From a virus (Duplodnaviria > Caudoviricetes), in IMG/VR virus record IMGVR_UViG_3300012231_000034, positions 1 through 32,473 of that record: 32,473 bases of DNA. One strand, written 5' to 3'. The notes under the pieces are model-generated. The model was not told where the DNA came from and searched no databases. It was given only the letters and a program-made list of their open reading frames with translations. The position numbers and the translations under genes were made by a program. Of this stretch, positions 1 through 8,381 are shown piece after piece; position 1 is the first letter of the stretch; every line of letters begins with the position of its first letter.

Positions 1-329
1 AGAATGTAGTCAACATTATTTGCTACACGGATAAATTGTCTAGGACCATTCAGTTGTTCTTCATATTCTCCAAGATCATAAGCTGGCTCTCCAGGACTAC
101 GACGTTGTGGCTTAGGTATCTTGATGCCTAGCGCATTACCGGCCGCACTCCATCCTGCACGAGCACGTCCAGTTGCTACAGGAGTACGAAAGATTACTCT
201 AGTCATCAGATCAAACATAAACTTTCTAAGCACGATACTCGTATCAGCACCAGTCTGCTTGATGAAGTCCTGTATGAACTGGTTGAACTTCTTCGTACTC
301 CATTCTATTGATAGTTTGTTCTGTGCCAT
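1..329 (-). CDS. HK97 gp10-like neck/tail-completion protein (3' end runs off the window)
   Basis: Not in the ORF track. Read manually from ATG at 329, directly after the previous stop: MAQNKLSIEWSTKKFNQFIQDF...RVIFRTPVATGRARAGW...IRVANNVDYI. The TPVxTGxxRxxW and NNVxY motifs are typical of this family, and the position in the neck module fits. Confidence 0.75.
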   Translation of the reverse strand, partial: MAQNKLSIEWSTKKFNQFIQDFIKQTGADTSIVLRKFMFDLMTRVIFRTPVATGRARAGWSAAGNALGIKIPKPQRRSPGEPAYDLGEYEEQLNGPRQFIRVANNVDYI

Positions 330-713
330 CTACTCACTCTTTCCAAATAGCCCAAGTCGCCCCATAGCTCCCCAACTACCACGGCCTTTCCCATATCTAT
401 CTTCATGCCTCTTCTTAATAGCACCAAGACGGGCCTTGCTACTAGCTCTATGCTTTGCTCCTTTAGCATCCATCTCCTTCTGAAACTTAATAGCTGCCTT
501 GATCCTATGATCCGGTGCACCTTTAGCTATCAATCGCCGTACACGTTGCGCGCCACTAGGAGATAATGTTGCCAGTGCTTTGTCATAATTCCTAGTATGC
601 TGTTTGACGTTATAAACCTTACCCTTCTTAGAAATCGCAGTATGAGCATCCACATCAGCGATTGCTTCTTGCAAACGATTCTTATGCTTTCTCAACAATT
701 CAGATGTTATCAT
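330..713 (-). CDS. Small basic protein with ELLRKHKxRLxEA leader and basic tag module (putative internal head protein)
   Basis: 127 aa. Begins MITSELLRKHKNRLQEA-IADVDAHTAISKKGKVYNVKQHTR; K/R-rich body; ATGA overlap with the upstream gene. Confidence 0.75.
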   Translation of the reverse strand: MITSELLRKHKNRLQEAIADVDAHTAISKKGKVYNVKQHTRNYDKALATLSPSGAQRVRRLIAKGAPDHRIKAAIKFQKEMDAKGAKHRASSKARLGAIKKRHEDRYGKGRGSWGAMGRLGLFGKSE

Positions 714-1321
714 GATCCCATCCTTCTAATGACTAATCGTACGGCAAGTTTCAACGGATCAACAATACGTTGAACGATAGAATATGTGCGATATATCTTG
801 TATTCTACAGCTGCTTCCGACGTACCAGCCCAAACATCCTTCAACGTAGCAGATACATCACTGGCTACCGTACCTCTGATCACACCCACTGGGGCGCCTG
901 ATGTATTGATTACTACTGAATCTCCGCCTAATACGCCGTCCAACAAGAACTGCGTGTTGTATCCTACGATTGCAGCACTAGCTGCAGTCAGTTTCAGATG
1001 GCCGGCGCACGTAATCAATCGCATTATGCTATCATCAGGCCGCGGAGTTGAATCCATAGTCGATGGTGAGAACAATACGAACTCATCACCAATCTGGTAT
1101 CTTCCACCACTAGCTGCAATGGCACGAGCCGTCATATCACCACGAGTCGCATATATCTCAGTATCTTGATATGTCAAACTAATAGCACCAGTACCTGTGT
1201 TTACAGTTCGGCCTGTTAGTCTGCGATACAATATGAGATTGCGTACATCACAGTCCTCAAGAACATTCTGAGCGTCCTCTCGAATGTTCTCAAGTTCTTC
1301 TTGTGTTAGGAAATTCAACAT
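710..1321 (-). CDS. Putative head-closure/neck protein with an inserted beta domain
   Basis: 203 aa. Contains GGRYQIGD, PRPDDSI...TYSIVQRIVDP...LVIRR, typical of head-closure proteins. Lies between the adaptor and gp10-like genes. Confidence 0.6.
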   Translation of the reverse strand: MLNFLTQEELENIREDAQNVLEDCDVRNLILYRRLTGRTVNTGTGAISLTYQDTEIYATRGDMTARAIAASGGRYQIGDEFVLFSPSTMDSTPRPDDSIMRLITCAGHLKLTAASAAIVGYNTQFLLDGVLGGDSVVINTSGAPVGVIRGTVASDVSATLKDVWAGTSEAAVEYKIYRTYSIVQRIVDPLKLAVRLVIRRMGS

Positions 1322-1672
1322 TTACTTATCGTTTATTGAAGCTTTAATACTGGAACTTCGCTTATCAAGAACTGTTGGAAATTGACTACGTCGTTTATCA
1401 AGAGCCATTTGCAATTTTCGATATGCACCTTCCACACGCTGTTGAGCTCTTGATAGTTGGTTTTTGTAGTTGGCCGAATTCTTCTTAGTGCCAACCAAAA
1501 TACTTAAATCATGTTCAGCAGAACGCACATCATTTTTCAACTTATCAATATTTCGTTCATGTGCCTTAACTGTAAATATCTTACCTTTCTTAGATGTACG
1601 TTGCTGTTGTCTGACGTTAGTGGTAGCTTCCAGCAAACGATCTTTATGCTTTCTCAACAGTTCAATATCCAT
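1322..1672 (-). CDS. Small basic protein with ELLRKHKxRLxEA leader and basic tag module
   Basis: 116 aa. Begins MDIELLRKHKDRLLEA-TTNVRQQQRTSKKGKIFTVKAHER, followed by a helical/coiled-coil-like body. GGAG RBS upstream. Confidence 0.75.
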   Translation of the reverse strand: MDIELLRKHKDRLLEATTNVRQQQRTSKKGKIFTVKAHERNIDKLKNDVRSAEHDLSILVGTKKNSANYKNQLSRAQQRVEGAYRKLQMALDKRRSQFPTVLDKRSSSIKASINDK

Positions 1673-1680
1673 TGTAACTC

Positions 1681-2052
1681 CTAAACAAATACTATACCAA
1701 TTGCTACTGCCGAAGAAGGACTCGTAGTACCAGCAAGCAAAGCAGTAGTTGTAGTAGCAACAGCTAATCCAGTAGCGAATGCCAATCCATCAGGTATTGG
1801 GATTGTAAATCTCGGCTTACTGGCTGGAATCTTGATGATCCAATCTGGTGGCGTAATTCCAATTGTGACGTCACCAACTGCTAAATCCCACATCTTCACA
1901 TACGACGCAGCACCATTCGCAGAATTATCGATAGTGATAGAATGGATAACACCAGCTGATCCCTTGACACTAACTGGTACGTTAGCGTTGTTGCTATCCT
2001 CAAATTTCCTAGCGCCGGTAACTGGTTCTAATGTTGTAATTGATACAGCCAT
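1681..2052 (-). CDS. Hypothetical beta-rich protein, probably virion-associated
   Basis: 123 aa, Ala/Thr/Gly-rich. Pattern VKGSAG...YVKMWD...GLAFATGL resembles a recurrent phage hypothetical family. RBS GAGG; located in the neck module. Confidence 0.6.
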   Translation of the reverse strand: MAVSITTLEPVTGARKFEDSNNANVPVSVKGSAGVIHSITIDNSANGAASYVKMWDLAVGDVTIGITPPDWIIKIPASKPRFTIPIPDGLAFATGLAVATTTTALLAGTTSPSSAVAIGIVFV

Positions 2053-2070
2053 TTATTATTCCTCTATAAT

Positions 2071-2433
2071 CTAAGTATTAGCAGCTAACTCAGAACTCCA
2101 ATTCTTACCAAGTTTCTTTTTGAATGATCTTAATGCTTTAGGATTCTTTTGGATCTTTCTAGCAAGAGATGCTAATCTTTCATTTGCCCTGCCACGATCA
2201 TCATCATACTTTCCAGTATAAGTAAGCGTTTTATCATCAAACGAATTTGGAATGTTATCTATCTTATCTGCAAGCTTCATATACGACTTAACAAGAGGAT
2301 GCACTTCTCTTTGATGCTGCTTAACAGAACCAATAAATCCCTTCTTTGATATACGCCGATGTCGCTTAATTGTCACCTTTGCTTCTATCAAACGACGAAC
2401 ATGCTTTTGTATAAGTTCAGGTGTTAGTACCAT
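2071..2433 (-). CDS. Small basic protein with ELIQKHVRRLIEA leader and basic tag module
   Basis: Start reassigned to ATG 2433 (RBS GAGG, 4 nt after the adaptor stop). MVLTPELIQKHVRRLIEA-KVTIKRHRRISKKGFIGSVKQHQR; 120 aa. Confidence 0.75.
   Translation of the reverse strand: MVLTPELIQKHVRRLIEAKVTIKRHRRISKKGFIGSVKQHQREVHPLVKSYMKLADKIDNIPNSFDDKTLTYTGKYDDDRGRANERLASLARKIQKNPKALRSFKKKLGKNWSSELAANT
2308..2367. repeat. 60-bp perfect direct repeat, copy 1 (copy 2 at 23385-23444)
   Basis: tctttgatgctgcttaacagaaccaataaatcccttctttgatatacgccgatgtcgctt is identical at both loci. Encodes KRHRRISKKGFIGSVKQHQR on the minus strand. Confidence 0.95.
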
Positions 2434-2437
2434 TTTA

Positions 2438-2848
2438 TTATTCCTCTTCAGGGTCACCAATATAGTGACTGTTGTCTTCACCATACTTAGTAATGTCAAT
2501 AGAAGCAGATTCCACGATCTCCCATGGCACCTTACCAGCCGACTCTCTCATCTGCTTTGCTTTAGTCAACCATAACTGTGCACCATTACGGCTGATAGAG
2601 AATCCAGAACTTACTGATACAGATAGTTGTCGCTTTGCCTCATCCATCGCGACTACTTCACATGCTCCAGCAGCAGCTAGTTGTGGATCACCATACTCAG
2701 CAAGAAAATCTGCAATCTCCTGATCACTAAACATCGCTGGTGGTTTGTTATTCGCGCGCACAACAGGACGATCTGGGATCATCAATCTAACACGATCACG
2801 TGGTAATCCAGAGCCTGGAACGTATGTATATGTGGGAGCATTAGCCAT
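2438..2848 (-). CDS. Head-tail adaptor/connector-like protein
   Basis: 136 aa. DRVRLMIPD...FSDQEIADFL...AAAGACE is characteristic of phage head-tail adaptors. Lies downstream of the capsid gene. Confidence 0.7.
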   Translation of the reverse strand: MANAPTYTYVPGSGLPRDRVRLMIPDRPVVRANNKPPAMFSDQEIADFLAEYGDPQLAAAGACEVVAMDEAKRQLSVSVSSGFSISRNGAQLWLTKAKQMRESAGKVPWEIVESASIDITKYGEDNSHYIGDPEEE

Positions 2849-4106
2849 GTATGCCGTTTCTCCCTTCTAATTCACTCGCAGGAATCGATTCTAAGGCGTC
2901 TAGCAAGCCTGTAGCAGTGTTTTTAGAGTCAAAGGTAGGCTTACCTATTACTTTGCCTAGTAAAGCAAGCATTTCAGCTGATACAGAAGCCCATGTGAAT
3001 CGTGTTTCTGTCGCACGCTCATACGCTAATTTACTGTACTCAGCACGCACATCACTATTTCTATACATCTGATCTAGTGCTTTCGCCATAGCATCTTCGC
3101 TAACTACTCCACCGATAGTATTGATGCCACCAGCTAGCGCCTGCATACCAGAGATAGGAACATATCTCACCGCACCATGCGGCCATTCACCAAGTGCAGA
3201 CCACTCAGGAACTATCTGTGGTATGCCGCATGCCATTCCCTCATGCGTAGTAAGTCCCCATCCCTCACCTAACGTAGTTGATATTTGAACGTCAAAGCAG
3301 TTATACACATACGGCATGATTTTTTCATCAACACCTATCGAATCTTTCAGCTGCGCATCTGATATCAATACACGACCTGCCAAACCGAAATAATCTACCA
3401 ACTGAAATATGTCATAGCCTACGTCGCGTAAGCCACAATGAAAATGCAAATAGACGTTCTCTGGAATGTTATTCTTTTGCACCCATTTAGCAAAAGACAT
3501 TATCGTTAGATCAAGTCTCTTTCTTGGCTGATTACGATTCACGTTACCAACGATGTATGAATCGTCAGGTATCTTACCTGTGAACCCTAGCGCCGCACGC
3601 GCCTTCATCTTATCCATAGGACGATACAATTCACCGTCAACACCATGCGGTACAATAGCCATAGATATTGTACTCAAACCAGCTTTGGCCAATTCATCAC
3701 AACCGAACTGCGTGTAACATATATTCAATGCTGCCTTCTGCAACTTCTTAGTAACGAGCGGACGCATATTTGGCGCATCAACCGGCATATATGTTACAAC
3801 TGGAACTTCCATATCTTCTATGTATCTAATAACATTCCAGGGATCATTATTTACAAGTATGATGTCTGGATTGAATTTCTTCACTACACTAGGTAATCGT
3901 GCTAGTCCCCACATATCCTCACGGCTATTCGTACTAGCCGGATATATTGGATATGGATAACTGTGCGGATCACCATGGTAGTTAATACCGAGAACGGCAA
4001 CATCCCAATGTTCTTGCAAATATGGAATTACATTGTGAGTTACGCGAGCGAAACCAGTATGACATACTGCGTCGCCAACCCACAATAATTTAGGTTTTTT
4101 AATCAT
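2841..4106 (-). CDS. Glycosyltransferase, GT-B fold (GT4-like)
   Basis: 421 aa. N-terminal TGFARVT; IVPHGVD; NRNQPRKR; YNCFDV...EGWGLTTHEGMACGIP (the E-x7-E motif of retaining GT4 enzymes). Confidence 0.9.
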   Translation of the reverse strand: MIKKPKLLWVGDAVCHTGFARVTHNVIPYLQEHWDVAVLGINYHGDPHSYPYPIYPASTNSREDMWGLARLPSVVKKFNPDIILVNNDPWNVIRYIEDMEVPVVTYMPVDAPNMRPLVTKKLQKAALNICYTQFGCDELAKAGLSTISMAIVPHGVDGELYRPMDKMKARAALGFTGKIPDDSYIVGNVNRNQPRKRLDLTIMSFAKWVQKNNIPENVYLHFHCGLRDVGYDIFQLVDYFGLAGRVLISDAQLKDSIGVDEKIMPYVYNCFDVQISTTLGEGWGLTTHEGMACGIPQIVPEWSALGEWPHGAVRYVPISGMQALAGGINTIGGVVSEDAMAKALDQMYRNSDVRAEYSKLAYERATETRFTWASVSAEMLALLGKVIGKPTFDSKNTATGLLDALESIPASELEGRNGIHG

Positions 4107-4142
4107 GATGCCAGCTTTCTAAGTGTATCCGTCTATAATTAA

Positions 4143-4177
4143 TTACTGTATGGCGAACACCCCACGCCATACAGCAA
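4143..4177 (-). terminator. Stem-loop after the major capsid gene (probable terminator or mRNA stabiliser)
   Basis: Perfect 10-bp stem ctgtatggcg (4146-4155)/cgccatacag (4165-4174) with a 9-nt loop, extendable via a G-U pair on the minus strand. Followed by AT-rich sequence but no clean U-run. Confidence 0.55.
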
Positions 4178-4196
4178 CCATTACATCAAGATTTAC

Positions 4197-5390
4197 TTAG
4201 GCAGCTTTTACCTTGACAACATGACGATGATCCATCACGAAGATGTTGCCGAGATAACGAACCTTGTACGCGGCAACAATATCACGACGGAACGCCTCAT
4301 CAGAATTTGCCCCTTGAGCAAATGTCTGAACAGGCCACACATCCTGCCAGAAGAACTGATCCTTGAAGTTTCCATAGTACCAGTCAGCAGCCGCACCGGA
4401 AATGCCAGTGGTAGCAATGAATGGAGAACTAAGGACGTCAAAGGCAGCAGCATAGGGATTGCTGAAAACGGTATTCGTATTACCGCTGTCAGTTTTGATG
4501 CGGATTTCAGTTGCATTGCGAAGGCGCATAGCAGTGGCCTTCTTTGCATTCGGAACAAGCAACGTGGTGGGATTCCAGATGATTGGGTCTTTCGTACCAA
4601 TAGCACGATCATCCTTGATCGAGAGAGGATAGAACTGTTCTACCTCATCGATATCTGACCAATCAACCAGCGGAACAGCAGCAGTGAAACCTGCAGGAGC
4701 ACCAGCGGCGCCCATCAAGTTACCATGACCTGCTGCAGCGGTAGAGTACAACGCAGTCGGCGTACCGTTAGGACGATAAACAGTACCCATAACGTCAACG
4801 ACACCGTTGATGATAACTTTCTCTTTATCAATCGCGGCCATCTTACCGATGCGTTGTGCACGCATAAGCAGCTGACCCGTTTGATCTTCCATGATAGCTT
4901 CTTCAGTGACGGTGATGATCCGTCCTCTTTTCCCGGCAACTGACGTCACATACTTTTCGCCCAGCCCGCTGTCCTCGTAAGGCATAGACTCATTAACGTC
5001 TTTGAGTCCTTCACTTTCCGTGAACCCAGCAATCGTCTCAAAGCGTTTGCTGCTAGGCATATTGGTAACCAGCTTATCACCAATGGTAGGCACATCTTTA
5101 TAAGCTGCGATAACGGTATTCGCTATCAGCATCCTAGACGTAGCCACAAAGCCAGTCGAGTTCACTTCTTCTTGCAACATGAAGTTTTCGTTTTGTCCAG
5201 GTAATGTATCTTCAACATCACCAACGAATCCTTCCCACATTGCCCGAATGCTAAACTCATTCGGATTCATTTTCTTCTTAACGCCGTTTTCCAACTCCGT
5301 TCCTTCGAGAAGGCTATGCACCGCCTCCACAACAGAACGAAGGCCCTGCGTTTTAATTAATGATCTAATATCATCACGTCGCATACGCAT
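4197..5390 (-). CDS. Major capsid protein (HK97 fold, Mu gpT-like)
   Basis: 397 aa. GRIITVTEEAIMEDQTGQL...GKMAA, PTTLLVP, WYYGNFK, AYKVRY. Follows protease and decoration genes; strong RBS GGGAGG. Confidence 0.88.
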   Translation of the reverse strand: MRMRRDDIRSLIKTQGLRSVVEAVHSLLEGTELENGVKKKMNPNEFSIRAMWEGFVGDVEDTLPGQNENFMLQEEVNSTGFVATSRMLIANTVIAAYKDVPTIGDKLVTNMPSSKRFETIAGFTESEGLKDVNESMPYEDSGLGEKYVTSVAGKRGRIITVTEEAIMEDQTGQLLMRAQRIGKMAAIDKEKVIINGVVDVMGTVYRPNGTPTALYSTAAAGHGNLMGAAGAPAGFTAAVPLVDWSDIDEVEQFYPLSIKDDRAIGTKDPIIWNPTTLLVPNAKKATAMRLRNATEIRIKTDSGNTNTVFSNPYAAAFDVLSSPFIATTGISGAAADWYYGNFKDQFFWQDVWPVQTFAQGANSDEAFRRDIVAAYKVRYLGNIFVMDHRHVVKVKAA

Positions 5391-5438
5391 TACCCTCCCA
5401 AAGTTTTATTGTTAAAGCACAACAATATTTTAGTTCAA

Positions 5439-5879
5439 TTAGTCGGCAACAACTGGGATGCGAACATCCCGACCGATGATGTGAACCATAACCGTAACTG
5501 CACCAACTGGGCAAGCACGATACACCTTGCCGATAGGGTTGGTAGAACCAGACTTAACTGTTTGCGCGTTGCTGTTAGCATCATCGAACTCAACGGGATC
5601 ACCAACCTTCAATGCAACGGACAGGCCGGACGCCAAGTCCATCTCGAAAACGCCGTCAGCAACAACTGCAATGGTAGGAGTCTCACCAGTTGGCTTAGCA
5701 TGAAGCGAAACACCTAATAGAGCATCTGCAACCGCATCATCAGTTCCGGTAGCTACCGTGGCATTACCACTACCATCAGCAATTACCATATCACCAATTC
5801 TAATCACACCACTTCCAGCAGTCGGTACATCCCTTCTACGGAAGATTTCAACTCGACTTCTATCTTGATTAGCCGTCAT
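5439..5879 (-). CDS. Head decoration/capsid cement protein
   Basis: 146 aa, Gly/Ala/Val-rich: IRIGDMV...LGVSL...GVFEM...VGDPV...PIGKV. Sits between protease/scaffold and MCP; RBS GGAGG. Confidence 0.7.
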   Translation of the reverse strand: MTANQDRSRVEIFRRRDVPTAGSGVIRIGDMVIADGSGNATVATGTDDAVADALLGVSLHAKPTGETPTIAVVADGVFEMDLASGLSVALKVGDPVEFDDANSNAQTVKSGSTNPIGKVYRACPVGAVTVMVHIIGRDVRIPVVAD

Positions 5880-5907
5880 AACTTGTATCCCTCCTTCGCA
5901 TTAATGT

Positions 5908-7638
5908 TTACCGGCGTGCAGACAACGCCGCAGCTACCGTAGAAATTACAGTGCTTTCTTTCAACACGCCTTCCGTATTGTCACCACGCTTTGGATATTC
6001 CAAAGAAGATGATCTAGTTGACTTTCTAGCACTATCCGCTACGCGCTGAAAGTTCTCGATGATCGCCTTACGCGCATCAGTGCTGTCAGCAGCAATAAGA
6101 ATCTTACGCAATCCAGCATCTGCCTTAGTTTCATCAGGCAGCTTGCTTTCTTTCAACATGGTATCGACTTCGATACCAGCAGCATACTCATCCTCTTTCT
6201 TCTGCTGTGCTTCGATCTGCTCTTTCAACTTCTTGTTTTCTTCCTCCAACTCCTCTTTTTCTTCTTGGAGTGCTTCAACACCTGCCTCCAATTCCATCTC
6301 CTCTCGAAAATGCTTACGAGCCTCCTCAGCAATTTTCGGATCATCTAACACTGCCTTCAACGTGATCTCCATATCTTTTCCTCCTTCTTCTGTCGTCGTT
6401 AGTTTTTCTTTCTGAACACTTTCAAACAATCCATTAGTAGTCGCTGGCTCTGCAACAATGTCACCACTACGTCCCTTAGTAATCTCCATAACGATCTTAC
6501 CATCGTTAGACAGTTTACCACTTGCATTGATGCTATTACCGATGATCTCTGGATTAGCCCTTACATGTGGCATGATATATTTCTTCACCGTGTCTGTAGG
6601 TGACATATGCAAATCAGCACGGAGCATATTTCCAGTACCATCCTCGCGCACATTACGCCAACGACCAATTAACTCCTGAACCATCCTGCTCTCATCCTCT
6701 TTACCTTTCGCCGGATGATTGCAATACGAACGCATTCCTTCAAATATTGGTATTGCTTTCTTTCTAACCTCCTTTGAATATGAACGACCATTCTTAGAAT
6801 GTTCTCCTAAGAAAGACATGTTCTTTATAATGTACTTAGAAACTTCTCCACCTTTCATTTCTTCTATGATCTGGCTGGAACTATCCATGATGCTATCGAA
6901 TGCTTCAACAAAGTCTTGTTCTTTGATATTGGCTATATCCTCTCGCAGATCACTTTCTTTGACTGTCGACGCAGACTTATCATCATCGCTATCGTCGTCA
7001 TCAGAAGCGTCATCGTCGTCATCTTCTTCATCATCGTCATCTTCTTCATCATCGTCTACGTCCTCATCGTCAAGATCATCAGCATCATCCGTTTCGTCGT
7101 CATCAGCAGGTTCGTCATCCTCTTCTGCTTCTACCATACGCAGAGCGAACTCTGGATCATCTATACTAAGAGTATCTGCTTCACGAACAGCAGTAAGAAA
7201 CTGGCTAGGTTGGGAAGTGGTAGGAACAAATCCAAGATTGACAACCGATGACTTACCTAAAGTAACAACATCGTCATTGATCGTATACTGCATCATAAGG
7301 AACAAGTCTTTGTCCTCCTTATTGTCATACGATCGTTTCAGTACAACCTTATCAGGCCATAGCTTATAGACGTAGTATCGATTTGAATAGTATGGGTATG
7401 ATCCAGACGACCCAGGTTTCTTATATGTCTCACCTACTGCCTTATCAACCATTGTACGAACGTCATCAAATGCTAGGTCGCTAGATACTTCTGTCCAATC
7501 TTCTTCATTCATTACAAAAGAATGATCTGAAATTTCTTCTTGGTAAGACTTAACTTGTTTAGCAGCCTTGTTCTTTTTCTTCTTGCTCGATCTTGTCTGC
7601 CGCTTATTCATCTCGAACCCTGTAGAATTCAACCCCAT
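5908..7638 (-). CDS. Prohead protease fused to scaffold, with long N-terminal extension and acidic tract
   Basis: 576 aa. Protease-like core SKNGRSYS...YCNHP (His)...GNSINASG (Ser)...DIVAEPATTNGLFES. C-terminal coiled coil (LQEEKEELEEENKKLKEQIE). RBS GGAGG. Confidence 0.82.
   Translation of the reverse strand: MGLNSTGFEMNKRQTRSSKKKKNKAAKQVKSYQEEISDHSFVMNEEDWTEVSSDLAFDDVRTMVDKAVGETYKKPGSSGSYPYYSNRYYVYKLWPDKVVLKRSYDNKEDKDLFLMMQYTINDDVVTLGKSSVVNLGFVPTTSQPSQFLTAVREADTLSIDDPEFALRMVEAEEDDEPADDDETDDADDLDDEDVDDDEEDDDDEEDDDDDASDDDDSDDDKSASTVKESDLREDIANIKEQDFVEAFDSIMDSSSQIIEEMKGGEVSKYIIKNMSFLGEHSKNGRSYSKEVRKKAIPIFEGMRSYCNHPAKGKEDESRMVQELIGRWRNVREDGTGNMLRADLHMSPTDTVKKYIMPHVRANPEIIGNSINASGKLSNDGKIVMEITKGRSGDIVAEPATTNGLFESVQKEKLTTTEEGGKDMEITLKAVLDDPKIAEEARKHFREEMELEAGVEALQEEKEELEEENKKLKEQIEAQQKKEDEYAAGIEVDTMLKESKLPDETKADAGLRKILIAADSTDARKAIIENFQRVADSARKSTRSSSLEYPKRGDNTEGVLKESTVISTVAAALSARR
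6979..7131 (-). repeat. Low-complexity Asp/Glu tract in the protease/scaffold gene
   Basis: 41 of 51 residues are D/E; tca/tcg/tct triplet runs on the plus strand. Confidence 0.9.
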
Positions 7639-7651
7639 AGATAATCCTCCG

Positions 7652-7879
7652 TTATTGCCATGTAGTATTGGCGCACAACTCCATGCCTTCTGTTTCCATC
7701 ATCATATTGTCAGCAACAATATCCAGCCCATCGATGCTTGTGATGTGGCTAACTGGAATACCATTATATGGATTCAGATGCGGATGATCCAAATCGCAAT
7801 CACAAGATGCGACAAAAAGTGGAAGATTACCTGGAATCAAATCCACATGGCATGAACAAGCAAGTTGAAGTGTAAACAT
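7652..7879 (-). CDS. Small Cys/His-containing hypothetical protein
   Basis: 75-aa ORF on the coding strand ending just upstream of the protease RBS. No clear RBS of its own. Confidence 0.4.
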   Translation of the reverse strand: MFTLQLACSCHVDLIPGNLPLFVASCDCDLDHPHLNPYNGIPVSHITSIDGLDIVADNMMMETEGMELCANTTWQ

Positions 7880-7911
7880 ATATAGTCGTGCTTTCGATAC
7901 ACGACTATATA
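7879..7911. promoter_or_regulatory. 12-bp perfect inverted repeat upstream of the capsid assembly genes
   Basis: tatatagtcgtg (7879-7890), 9-nt spacer, cacgactatata (7900-7911), within a 133-nt intergenic gap. Function inferred only. Confidence 0.5.
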
Positions 7912-8012
7912 CGCTACATAGTGACCGACGGTAAATAACTTACGAGGTGACTAGCGGGACTACCAAAGAATTTCTTAATGAAAACAATAAGTTAGCACAT
8001 TGCGAAAGAAAA

Positions 8013-8336
8013 TCAATCAATGATTATTTTACCACCTTTCACCACCTCAATTAGTTGTTTTCTACTAAAACGCCAACCATGTCCTAACCGTTTGCCAGGC
8101 AATTTGCCTGCCTCAACCAATTTATACACAGTTTTCAAATGAATTCTCAACATTGTGGCAACATCTTTTGGAGTCAACACATCATCCAAATCTTGCGGCG
8201 TGCCTGATTGATTTGCTATGAGGTTATCAACAAGATTATCAAGAGCATCTAATATCCCCAATAGTGGATTCATCAGCGTATACTGCGTTCGCAAATCACT
8301 AATGCTATCACTTATCTGCTGTAAAGATTTCATCAA
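8013..8336 (-). CDS. Excisionase-like helix-turn-helix DNA-binding protein (HTH_17 type)
   Basis: C-terminal VLTPKDVATMLRIHLKTVYKLVEAGKLPGKRLGHGWRFSR matches the excisionase-family HTH. RBS GAGGAGG. Confidence 0.88.
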   Translation of the reverse strand: MMKSLQQISDSISDLRTQYTLMNPLLGILDALDNLVDNLIANQSGTPQDLDDVLTPKDVATMLRIHLKTVYKLVEAGKLPGKRLGHGWRFSRKQLIEVVKGGKIIID

Positions 8337-8381
8337 CCCTCCTCATCTAACTCCCATCACCTTTATTCATAGCTCTTTTAG

